Source of the DNA: Tubulanus polymorphus
Lineage: Eukaryota > Animalia > Nemertea
Length of the DNA stretch: 64,000 nt
Direction of reading: 5' to 3'
NCBI RefSeq assembly: GCF_964204645.1
Contig: NC_134035.1
Coordinates: 10,696,451 to 10,760,450 of the forward strand
A program made the position numbers and the translations under genes. The notes under the pieces are model-generated. The model was not told where the DNA came from and ran no database searches. It saw only the letters and a program-made list of their open reading frames with translations. Within the stretch, counting starts at the first letter, position 1. Each line of letters opens with the position of its first letter. Positions 36,201-47,516 of the stretch are shown here, in pieces.

Positions 36201-39200
36201 TAGAAAAAGCATCGGAATCATGAGATTCAGGCAGATCGCGGGCGCCACGAATACAAGAACTCCTCGCAGAAGAGATCTGCGTACGGTGAACTGGTACACG
36301 ATTGTCTCGGTCGTTTCACGGGTTTGCGTTGTTCGATTTCGCACCAGACGTTTGCCTTTTTCCAACAACCAGATGTCGGACGTTTTCTGAGGCAATTCTG
36401 GATACCGGGTGGCTATGATTCGCCAGGGTGACGCGTCCGACACGGCGTGTACGTTGTACTGAATTAGAAAATAGAAGATTTTTTCACTCATTTAGATTCA
36501 CAAACATATCAAAAATCTCTTCATCGGTAATTCAAAGCTTATCCGTTAAAATCACTGTCAATCAGAGGCCTGAAATATGCGACTGTACAAAAAGTCGTTT
36601 CTAGAAATAGACAAAGTAAAAATGAGCGTATGTAATGCTTGTATATGTTGGCGTACTACTTTGGCATTTCGGGGACGTAGTTGGGATTGTGACGTTGATA
36701 CCGATTTAGCTAACTTGGAAAAACCCAGGAAACTTTTAACTGAGAAAACTAGTTCATTTTGACTTAGCTAACTCTGAATAATCCTCAGAATTGAGGAAAT
36801 ATTTATTCCGAATTAAGAAACTTTGAATTTCGAAGATGAGTCACATTTAGAAATGATTCACTAGTTTTATTTCGAGTATCTAACTCTGTATAGACGTCAA
36901 CGTTTCTTCTTACGAAAACGACCGATGCAGGACGCTTCCGTATAATCATTCGAAATAGTTCACAAACGATAGAAACCTATACCTTTTGTTTAACGAGGTT
37001 ATCGTCGATCTCGACTGCTAGTTCACATTTGTGTACATCGAATGGAAATCGGTACTTGCTGATAGCGCAGTATATCGAATTCTGTAGCCAGTTGTTGAAA
37101 CGAACGACGCCGGACCGATCTACATGCGCGTACGAGTTCCCATAGCCGTACAGACTCGGTAGCCAGGAAAATCTATAACAAAGAAAAATGCAAAAGTATG
37201 ATATGATATGATTAATTTTCAAGTAAGATTTCTACAAAAAAAATTAATGAATAAGGAAATGCATTAAACGTGTATAATATTAAATGAGTTCCTGCTTTGA
37301 AGCAACATTTAGCTTATACAAGAAAGCAGCCCATGAAAGAGGACAAAATATACACGAGATGGAAATAAACGAAAGAAAACCGACATAATACGGATATGAT
37401 AACGACATACATGTACATAACAAATACACATACATCATACATATACATACATATACACATACAACCATACTTATACTTATAAATGTTTTTAAGTGATATT
37501 TCTTTATGATGCGTATTCACTATATATAGTAACTTGCATCCAATCCACGTGCAGTTGTAAATAGTCATGATTGGTTCATTTTTTATGTTTCCCCCAGTCG
37601 AAATACAGCTGAATCTGATTTTCTGGTTCGTATTTGAGGAGTCTTACTCACCCGTGTACTATCTGAAATTTGGGTTTCCAGATTTTTCCGATGGACAGCG
37701 AAACGGAGTCGATGGAGCCATACTTTTTTGGGTCCCACGAGAGTCTCGAATCTTTCCACACCTATTCGTACATGAAAATCGTACCCGCACGAATGAATAT
37801 GCGTTTTAGATATTTCAGCAGAAATGAAATGAGATGATGTTTCATTTGCTTGAACTTACTATCTCTACTTGACCTCTAGGCCAGACTAGACTGTAAGCAG
37901 GATTCTGGAATTCAGTACAATTTTCATAAGACACTCATTTAATCATATTTATCAGACTCTTATACTTTCAATTGAATCGCTCTTAATGTTTCGTTTTTGG
38001 TACGATACGTTAGGATATGATATCTGTTTTCTCCTATATCCAACTTAATACAAAACAAAAAGTCTTAACAGAATCATGGAGGGGACCACAGAGGAGCCTG
38101 GAGGCTGTAATCTATGGGACATAGACCTCTGTGAGAACAAATAAAACAATGACAAAAAGAAAAAACAAACTGACTTATGATAAATGAACAAATGAGTCAA
38201 GAGGTTGTGAAGTGAAAAATAAATAAAAGGAAAAGGTAGCACAAGACTGAATTATTTCAATACTTTAATACATCGATGTACTATCAATTCAAATGGTAGC
38301 ATAACGTATTATTTTTCAGAAGTAAGCATTATCATTTTTTTATACATAAGAAACTCGATAGCTGTTCTCGGTGAAATGCCTTACTTACCACTGCCGCTAT
38401 GGCCGCAATATCGATGCCCATTTTGATAGTGATTTTCTTGCCGAGGGGTTTATTCGGTTTAACGCCGATAGCTGGTCGTATGTTGGTCTCGTAGTCTTTC
38501 ATTAGATCCGTAATCAAACGATGTTTATCGTTGTAAAACTTTTTTTCTAAAGCACACAAGCGAAGAGTGCTAGAAGCATTTAGTACGTTCCAAAAAGAAT
38601 AATGAAGCGCGTCGATTAGATCAATCCAACTTAAGATTATTTTCTAATAGGGTAGGTGTGAGGAAAATATGGGAGGGTAAGTTTTTTTTGTTTTGTTGGA
38701 ACTGAACGGGGGTCTAGTAGCCCTCTCCGGAAAAAAATGATGCTCAGATATGGTTTTGATTCCCGTTGATATAACGAAGGTCTAAATAAATGAACAAAAT
38801 CTTATATATATATACTTGTATTAGATCGAGAAAGTTGTAAGAGGAAAACGTTTCTGTTTGATAATCTTTTAAAATAAAAAAAAACTATCGGAACTACGGT
38901 CCCGCATAGCTACAATACTACCCGAGTAACTTTCATGTACTTAAAAAATGTATGCGGAATTTTCTTACAACATTAAACATTTTCTGGAAGACCGTCTGTC
39001 ATGGGGTGAAGATTATATAATTCTAAAAAGTAAATATAGCTGCAAAGCAGCAATAATGGGTTTTTACTGGATAGCAGCATCACAAATATGCATATCTTTG
39101 GAAATTAAAAATTGAAATGTAAAAGAATGTTTATCGTCGGGGATTCGAACTTAATATGACTGATATAACTACGTCGTCAATGTAGTACATCACCTCAAAT

Positions 39201-41501
39201 ATATTGAACTTACAAATTACTTTCGATACGACAACGTGCGAACAAGCACTATGAGACTTTAAAAAAAACGGTTACTTAAATTGACCATATATAATAATTA
39301 ATATAAGATCAACGTCTGCAACAATTGGAAAGTCTTACGGGTTGCTGGGTTTGTTGTTGGTTCTGTTGTTTTCTGTGTAGGTGAAACTGTAGAACTTGGT
39401 TCCGTTGTAGTCTGTATAGACGGCGCTGACGTAGTTCTTGCCTTCGCGGCGACGTCTGGATAAAACAGTTTATGGTCTATTACCGAAACAACCGTCGAGC
39501 CGAGTGTCTATTGTTTTACTAAAGTTGAAATCGATTACACCTACCCGAACATAATGGTACGTTACAGTATTCCCAGCGTTTACCGGGATTCAGAGTATAA
39601 CACCACGGTCCTTCAGGTTCATTATCCGGGTTCCTACAGTAATTCTCCGCTGTTGTCTTATCGTCCAGCTTCGAATATAACCTGTGTTTATGCGGTGTTT
39701 GTCTATCCCAGCGCTGACATTTCCAACCGCTTCGTGTTTCGCTCGTTTCGCCGCGATATTCAGCGCCTTTTTTACTGGTTTTACATTCACAGAACTCTAT
39801 ATCGCAGTACTCCCAGCGTTTACCGGGATTCAGAGTATAACACCACGGTCCGTCCGGTTCATTATCCGGGTTCCTGCAGTAATTCTCCGCTGTTGTCTTA
39901 TCGACCAGCATCGAATATGCACTGTGATTATGCGGTGTTTGACTATCCCAGCGCTGACATTTCAAACCGCTTCGAGTCGTATTCGCTATGCCTTGATAAT
40001 CGCGACCTGTCCGTGTAGTTTTACATTCAGGAGCCATCCCCGGACAGAACCTTATATTACAGTACTCCCAGCGTGTATCGGGGTCCATCGTATAACACCA
40101 GGGTCCTAAAGGTTCATCATCAGGATTCCTGCAGTAATTGGAAGCTGTGCCCTGGTCGGAGAGCATATCGTAGCGGGTATGTTTATGAGGTGATTGAGAA
40201 TTCCAGGCTTGACACTTTTTACCAGATTTTGTTTGGCCCAAACGTCCTCTGTATTCTTTACCGGTTGTGGTAGTTTTACAAGTTTCACCTGATTAAAGTA
40301 AATGTATTATCTCTATAATCTGATTCTTTGAACTGCGAAGCAGCGATCATGGGTTTTCTGCCAATAATCGATCATTAAATTCTTCATTTTATTTTAGAAA
40401 TAAATCGATGCGTAAACTATTTTATCGTTCTGGACACTGATAACAACTTTGACGTACAGTAATTGAACTGGCTAACACAACGAAAAATATTTCGAAAACT
40501 ACGGTCGATCCAGAGTCTGACATTCTAAGACGTTTCCACGAAGCCATATCGCAGCGAAAACTGTCGATATGCTTTATGCTTTGATAAGAATGCTGACGAA
40601 CAGTGACCTACCGGCTCTAATACAAAACAGTTTCTACTCATTCTGCCTTAACTATTGACTATAAAATGATACTCGGGCTTTAATCCACATTCAAACCTCT
40701 TAGGAACAATATGTTCTTACGAGCAACGTTATACAACAAGAAACTTTCCAAGCCTATACATATCATTCAAAAGCCTTTAAAACCTATGCAAATGAATTTT
40801 AGACCCTCTGGGGGACGAACCGAGGAGTGAATCAAAATCAAGACACTCGGAATCTGTGGATATTGGGGTTAAAATCCTAGTAAATTCGGTAGATTTCCAA
40901 GAGCCATTGGCTTTAATTAACTTTTGGCGATTATCTGCTTCGAAAGGGGACGGAAAATGATGATTATATTAGTCCGGAGAAAAGCAATAGGGTTTTTGTT
41001 AAAAGTATATAGCCCATTTTAAAGTGTCTATTCTAAGACAATATGTCAGTCACGATAGACTCTGAAGCCTGTATGCGAAAGAAAGGGAAAATACAAAAGA
41101 TCGGTACCAAAATGAGTTCCGGGCTCGCTGTGGTTGCTGGGTTTCTTGCAACGTTGATGGAATAGGAATCTGATTATATTGGTGTACGCTAAGCGCAAAT
41201 CAATGACATAACTCCAAACATCGCCAATTCTAAACTGGCTTGAAGATGGGGTTGTGCGGCTCCAGTCGCTTCATATTGAAAGAAAGCAGGTTCACTTACT
41301 TGAAATTTAAGCCGAAAGCGGGGATTCAAAATTAACTATATTTTCCGTTTTCTTCGCATCCAGACGTTTTTAACCCCGCACAGAGCGCGTTGATGGCATC
41401 AAGTCTTTTCATCACAAACAACCTGTCAACTTACCTTCATCCTTGTCACATAAAGCATTAGTCAACAGCAACGTAAATGTAAACAGACATTGCAAAATCA
41501 T
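33243..41501 (-). CDS. Pentameric Cys-loop ligand-gated ion channel subunit (divergent nAChR-like) with three N-terminal kringle domains, 11 exons, 741 aa
   Basis: Exons 41501-41435 (signal peptide MILQCLFTFTLLLTNALC), 40288-39545 (3 kringles, NYCRNPD..P.GPWCYT), 39455-39339 (T/P/S linker), 38546-38389 (RLITDLMKDYETNIRP), 37904-37860 (45 nt), 37761-37652 (110 nt; VWKDSRLSWDPKKYGSI...IWKP), 37172-36983 (Cys-loop C-AISKYRFPFDVHK-C), 36458-36164 (YQFTVRR plus M1), 34817-34698 (M2), 34093-33978 (M3), 33506-33243 (M4, VLERLLFVIF). All junctions are GT-AG and in phase; total 2226 nt. Confidence 0.85.
33745..33897. mobile_element. MITE (family B) with about 27-bp TIRs GCCCAACGCAC[A/C]CGACGCA[C/G]GGAAACAC
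   Basis: Inverted termini are visible. Homologous pieces lie at 66-179 (ending GGGCTTAA) and 18427-18797 (interrupted by the Penelope-like palindrome). Confidence 0.65.
34537..34600 (+). repeat. Short interspersed repeat (family D)
   Basis: GAAAATTATCGCAACAATGGGGA.CTCGAGG.ACC.CC.CAAAATGG.GCCTAGAAACT recurs at 62676-62739 and, inverted and diverged, at about 15945-16004. Confidence 0.65.
34784..35698. repeat. Minisatellite of 24 x 38 bp (AACAGGAACAGGTAAATGAGTATCATTCCAACAACTGT) derived from the M2-exon acceptor of the ion channel gene
   Basis: 912 bp = 24 near-identical units. On the minus strand the unit reads GTTACAG|TTGTTGGAATGATACTCATTTACCTGTTCCT. Confidence 0.97.
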
Positions 41502-42052
41502 CTTCTTTTGTATGGACGTTTTTTTTAGAAAATCTCCTCGCGAACGCTCGACGCCTACTCGTCCAGCGCGATCAGCCACACTTCTACAGTTTGCCGAGTA
41601 TACGATTTTCTATGTCACAATCTATTAAGTGTATTACGGAAACAATATTCTATTGTTTGCGCTGGAATTTTATCATCCACTTTGAAACTGTGTAGGCCAA
41701 AGGGATCAGACATCTATATATAGTAAATAAGCAGCGTATATTCGAAATAAAAATCTCGCCCGATCGAGACATTAATGATTCTGAAGTTTTATAGTCTTAT
41801 GTCAGGAAATATTTTTTTTCTAGAATTAGAAAGTATTCATATATACAGCAATCTTCATCACCGTACCCGAGTCAGTGTATACACAAGTGATAAGGATGTA
41901 GCCCGTACAGAAAGTAAAACTAATGCGGTTGTTAGCGTTGATTGACTTCACGGTAGTAAAAGAGAAACGATGATCTTCGATAAGTCGGTAATTCGTATTC
42001 CTCGTTGGCGTCTTTGATTCGGTATCGGATACCGAATACTACACAGTACGTA

Positions 42053-42437
42053 CAGCGTAGGTGTTAACATACGTCAACTCGTCCTCCCTCTGCAGGGACT
42101 CGAACCTGATGGCATCGCTACACTCAGCCACGGCACGAACCCCTGCATCAGTAGACCGGGTGCGCAGGTACATGCGCAGCTTTCCGAACGAAAACTGGCG
42201 GCACCAATCAGATTGCTCGTTGTATAATCGTTGAGGCAAATTTCAAGGAAGAACTATAAATGGGAAAACCCGGGCTAAAATAAAACGGGATTTCTGATTG
42301 GCTAAAAATCGCATCATCTGAACTGCGCGTGTATCTGCGCACACGGTCGATTATGGCAGGGTTTCGTGCCGTGGCAATCTCGATGCCATCAGGTTCGAAT
42401 CCCTGCCGGGGGAGGATGACGTCAACTACGCTACACT
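42053..42437. mobile_element. Imperfect inverted-repeat element with a Pol III B-box-like motif in each arm
   Basis: About 42053-42181 is the diverged reverse complement of about 42321-42437. The arms contain GATGCCATCAGGTTCGA[A/G]TCCCTGC. A partial copy lies at about 36075-36120. Confidence 0.6.
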
Positions 42438-44082
42438 GACTGGAGCATTTCCCGAATCAAAACAACAACAACAAATAAAAAAAAAAACAAAATGGACAAC
42501 GCGCGCATTTTCTTTCGTATTAAAATCGTTTTATTCGTTTCAAAAATATCTTCCATCAGAATTCCGGCGCAAAAACATAAAACGAAACCCGAAACAAAAA
42601 ATTTGCCTGATTATTTCCTTCTCTCCTGGCGCCTTTGAAATATTGTCTTTTTTCGCGAATGGAATACGTGATAATCGAATAATAATCGGCGTTACTCGGC
42701 GTAAATTCTCTGAGGGTGAATCGGCAGAAACGAACGTTCGGCGGGGGGGGGGGGGGGGTATTAACGATATTAGCTACAGTTGAGGAGATAGACACAAAAA
42801 CAGTTCATGGTTACTAAATCCGTTTTAATAAATTGAATGCGGTTTCGGAATAAAACTAGGTTGCTATAGCTGTGATTATACATCATAGACATATTCGATC
42901 ATATTTTGCACATTCAATTTCAATATTATGCAGAGAACCCGTACTTTTATTGATAATTGCGTATAATCTAGCATAATTGAGATCGAATCCACGGTAAGGT
43001 AGCTCATTTTGTGGCCGATTCGGGCCGTGTTAAAGAAAAAAAAGTGACACCTCTACCGATTAGTAACACAAAAAAAATTTCTCTTCGACGCGGCTTACGT
43101 GGCGATAGGATAGATTTTCGTGTTAAGAATTGGTGGGGATCGAGTCTCGTATTCCTTGTTTCAATACGGCCCGAATCGGCGGCCATTTTGCGTACGCGGC
43201 TGGCGAACTTTTTTACTAATGATACGAAGCGATGAAGATGGCCGCCGTATCGTCTATTCATCAGCACCCTTTTGTTGTCGTCGTGGTTTACGAGGTTGAT
43301 GATAAAACCTCGAGGGAAATCACCGGACACCACTAGATGATTCGATAGCGTCGCCGCGGCCGCCGCTCATGTCTCACCGTGTATACCTGCGGGTTTATAT
43401 CGTTTTTTGCCGCTAGTCAACAAATCGCTAATCCCCTCGCTCAATTTATGATCGGTTGAACGCGCGCTAGGACTAATCATCGGAATGATTAGGATAGCTT
43501 TATCGTTGGAGAATATTTATGGGCGCTAACGGTATCCAAAACCTATTGTTGTTCTCGTCATTATTGGCGTATCGTATATGAGTGAAGATATTGTTGATGA
43601 ACCTCGGTGACTTTCGTTTTCCGCAATGATCCAGCATTTACAAAAAACCGTTCTCAGTAGAAGTAAACAAGATGATGGCGTTTGTCTCGATGAAGGTGCG
43701 GCCGATCGCAATAAAAACGCAATAAAAACGTGTTAAGTGCCAGTGGGAAGAAAGTATAATCAAAATAACCGGAATGAATATTGGGTGCATCGGAAAATGG
43801 GGCTTTGTTGATACTTTATTCAAATAAGAAGCTTCGAAATGCTGATGAACAGAATGATAAAATACGTTTGATAGTCCAAGCTCCACAGAGCAGCTAGAAG
43901 CCGGCATTGTCGGTTGTATCCCAATGACGACGTCACTGAATTAGTAACTATCCCGCCGCGAATCCCGTCAGCCGGAACGTCCGTATTTAACGATGACGTC
44001 ATCGCGACGCGTGTGGCAGTATCGATGACGTCACCAACGACGGACACGCCCAGAGGAAGGGCGGAGGTGATAAGCGGTCTGT

Positions 44083-45868
44083 TCAGGGTAAATTGTATTG
44101 TTTTTCCGACTCGCCGCGCGCGAGTAGACACAGTCGAAACGTGATCAGATCCCCGCGACGACATTTACTCGCTATGGCCGGTCCGAACGTCGCGCACCAG
44201 TCACAAGCTACCAGATATCTCTCCAACAGTTTGTGGTTTAATCTGGAAAATAAATTTCGACGCTTCGTTATTGTGTGTTACTTTTTTAACTGTCGACCTG
44301 ATAATGCAATTAATACAAATGAAAACAGATAGTACTCAGTAGGTTATATGATTTCATTTGGAATTATTGTTATTACTGTTATTGTATAAAAAGTTACAGA
44401 GCGCCATATTCCTAAAGTGCAAAATAAAATTCGGCAATACGACATAATCAACAGAGCAATTACGTAAAATGTTTTCTATAAAGTCTCCAATGACGACTTA
44501 TAAGCATTTAACGAGCTTGCCTACTTTATGTCGATAGGCAGCGCGTTCCACAGAAGAGGTGCCGATCGTGCCACGAGTTTTCGCTACTTGTGCACTTAAA
44601 GTATATAATGTACATGTATGTATCTATAACTTTGATACCTCAAAAAACTAACAATAAGGGCAGTGCTAAAAGCAAATGTTGTACAGGAAAATTTGATGTT
44701 TTGAATACTCCTCGGCCGCAAGTTGTTAACATCTATTGAAGCGGAGCTTGGAGATTTCTATGTTTCTTTATCCTGTAATTTCAATTGTTCCATTTTCTAA
44801 ACTGATCAGTCCCCCACCTGACTCCAGTGGGTGTGATTTAGTTTGTTACGGAGCTTTCTACAACCGGCCGCTCAGCTTTTACGGCAAATAATCTTAAGAT
44901 TTGAAAAAAAAATATAGCTTCATCGGGCAAATGAAAAAATGCACCCGATGATGTTACTACGGGTTAGTAGCGAAGGCTCGTAGTTTCAAATAGAATCGGT
45001 TTTACCTATATACACAGTACGACCCGTTTTCACGTGTATTGATTTGATATCACGGTAACAGTAAAACACGGCTTTCCTCTATACGACTCATCAGTTACAT
45101 GTTTAATTATCATTATCATTATCATCATTATTGTTATTGTTATTGATATTTACTATTATCTATTATTATTTCATGTTATTATTTATCATTATTATTAATT
45201 TTATTGTTACAACTCGTTGCTACTATCATTACCATTATCATTATCATTATCATCCTTTAGTGTAATTATCAGTTTATGTGCTTCTATTAATTTTTGATCA
45301 CCGTCAATGTCACTGTCATTTCAATAACAATTGTAATTGCTTGTAATGTCCTCTGGACCTTAGCATGTATTTATTTTGTATATACCATTGAGTTGTTTAA
45401 TAAGATTAATTTGTACTTCAAAGTAACATGTTTGATATATTGTTAATTAATGCCATTTTGCCTTACGGGCATGGGAACCTAACCAGGACATTACCCATAT
45501 CTTCTCTATCATTGTATAATGGTGTAATCTCGCCAATTTGTTCGTTTTCTCGATAAGGTCAAACGATCTTGAAGAAGTTTTTAGAAAGGTTTCAAATTGG
45601 AATTTATATCTTCTTTATAATTTCTTGATCTCACAGTCGGTAGTTCTATTGTAGACAACGTGCCTCGATTTCCATCTTGCAATTGCCTATACTTATCTTT
45701 GTAGTAGGATGTAAAATGTCTACAATTATTTCATTTTCTGTTTATTTCTCGTTATAACCAAACGTTTACTTACTCTCCAATGTCAACGGTTGTTCTCGAC
45801 TGGCCGTCCTCGATCATTATTAAGAGTAAGCCCAGCGTTATTATGCCTACGATTGTCAAGGTTTTCAT
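44083..45868 (-). CDS. 84-aa secreted cysteine-containing peptide precursor, CHH/ITP-family-like (4 Cys), 2 coding exons
   Basis: Exon 45868-45774 (ATG directly after a TTTCTAG acceptor; MKTLTIVGIITLGLLLIMIEDGQSRTTVDIG; donor GA|GTAAGT, phase 2) joins exon 44242-44083 (acceptor TTTTCCAG, phase 2): ELNHKLLERYLVACDWCATFGPAIASKCRRGDLITFRLCLLARGESEKQYNLP*. Family assignment is by motif resemblance only. Confidence 0.7.
44364..44585 (-). mobile_element. 5'-truncated L2/CR1-type LINE 3' remnant
   Basis: Minus strand translates RSAPLLWNALPIDIK*ASSLNAYKSSLETL (typical ORF2 C-terminus AP.LWN.LP), followed by ATGGCGCT and an (AAT/AAC)n tail. Confidence 0.65.
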
Positions 45869-47472
45869 CTAGAAATAAAAGAAAAACACACATGAACAAG
45901 AATGAGACGACATAGCGACAGTTTTAACGATTCAGTCGAAATGGAGAAAACAGAATGATCATAGATTTAGTTATGCTACAATACGATGTAATGATAAATT
46001 GTTTTTTTTTCTAATGCTATGATGTAACGAATTTCAACGCGTCGATATGATGACGAATATGATGATGGACGATAATTGCTCCATGAAACCAGCAATATTC
46101 ACTACAAACCTGAATTCCATCCCTTTTCTGGATCTGGTTCATGTTTGATATCGGTAGAACTAATTAAAACCTACTCGAATTCAACGACTGGTTTGCGTGT
46201 ACAAGTTGCCGAACGAACAAAACCACTTCATGTAAGCATTTTCAAAAAAAAGAGTGTTCGCAATACAGATCCGCTATCGGCGCAACCCTTCACTGAAAGT
46301 GCGTTCGAGGTGACAAGCTTGTCGCCGAATACCGTCGTAAAACTAGGTTCAATAAAATTAGATTTTAGAATCTCGTCATTTTGCGCAATAGCTCTTAGAA
46401 AAATACGCCGCACTTTGAAAATCGTATTACCTATTTCACTATCAGCCATCGAGGCGACATCAAAAGCATCCAAAAATCTACAGAAAAAATGGATTTTCGG
46501 TTTAGGGTTTGACCGGCGTACAAAACACGTGCACCGATCGAATTAACCGAGTTTGAGTTCATAAAAATCGTGGTGTAATTCGAATTCTCGGTATAGAATT
46601 CATATATGACGCGTATGAAATATTGACGGATTTGTAGAGGCACTTTTCACACCCGTCTGACGCGAAACTCAAGTACCTTTCAATATAACACATTAATCCG
46701 ACGAGTAGCTCAATTTTTTCCCACTGGAGTGGATGATAAAGCCTTACTCAGCATTCAAAATGTTCAAACAAAAAATTTTCAAAGTTTTTAAACTATTCGA
46801 AGTAATAAAACGTTATAATCAACATCGTCTAAATCGATACGTCGAGTTCCGACCGATCAAAAAATAGGCCAAATAAAAGACTAAGTCGACCTTCCTTTTT
46901 ACCATGACGCAACTTGTTAACGCGAAAGAAAAAAAAAGAAATTGGAAAAAGTATACACACATTATCGACGGGAAATGCCCGCACAAAGCGGCCTGTGAGG
47001 TCTATACTCGTGTATGTAATTACCGCGGGAGTGGACTTTTTGTTGCGAAATGATACTCGAAGGACCCGAAACACGACACCAGGCTTTTTATCATGCTTGT
47101 CGTGCGCAAAATCTGGTCAGATTCTGACCAGTCTTTTGATGAACGAGGAATATACGGTTGCGGTACGCCGACATAACCGACATCGTCGCCTATATACGGG
47201 TATAAATATTCATTCTTTGTGCAAGGCTTCAAAAAGAAACCCACCGTACCGTATCAAATCGACTGTATGTTGTATGTAGAAAATGCTGGGAAATCATGAA
47301 TTTATACATATATCTTTTTCACTGTCATAAGAACTGCTCGAGTTGCTCAAGTCAATCTTTGAATTCGTACTTATATTTTTTCATAGATCTTAGGAAGAGA
47401 GTTCAAATATCCGAATAACCATAGAAGCGATAACATTAAAAACCTCATTTTCTAATGAGTAAATACAGTTTA

Positions 47473-47516
47473 TTCACACGAACGTTTTCGGGATCATATC
47501 CCCTCATCAGGTGAAA
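47473..47516 (-). ncRNA. Minimal type I hammerhead ribozyme motif (Penelope-like), inside palindrome 47413-47636
   Basis: Minus strand TTTCAC-CTGATGA-G-GGGAT-ATG-ATCCC-GAAA-ACGT-TC-GTG: intact core, 5-bp stem II, palindromic stem III (AACGTT), NUH site UUC, stem I CAC/GTG. Confidence 0.7.

Noticed and set aside
39519-40241. Standalone plasminogen/apolipoprotein(a)-like gene
   Set aside because: No protease domain follows. A phase-1 donor at 39544 leads via the linker exon into the channel exons.
42360-42420. tRNA gene
   Set aside because: Only a T-arm/B-box motif with no cloverleaf; part of a repeat arm.
46076-47279. 156-aa and 121-aa plus-strand ORFs, and a spliced minus-strand reading (GFFLKPC...FLDAFDV...DENLDN)
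   Set aside because: No recognisable domain or ATG context. The minus-strand frame has an in-frame TGA just after its acceptor region, and the signal-peptide frame of the 45868 exon is far more convincing.
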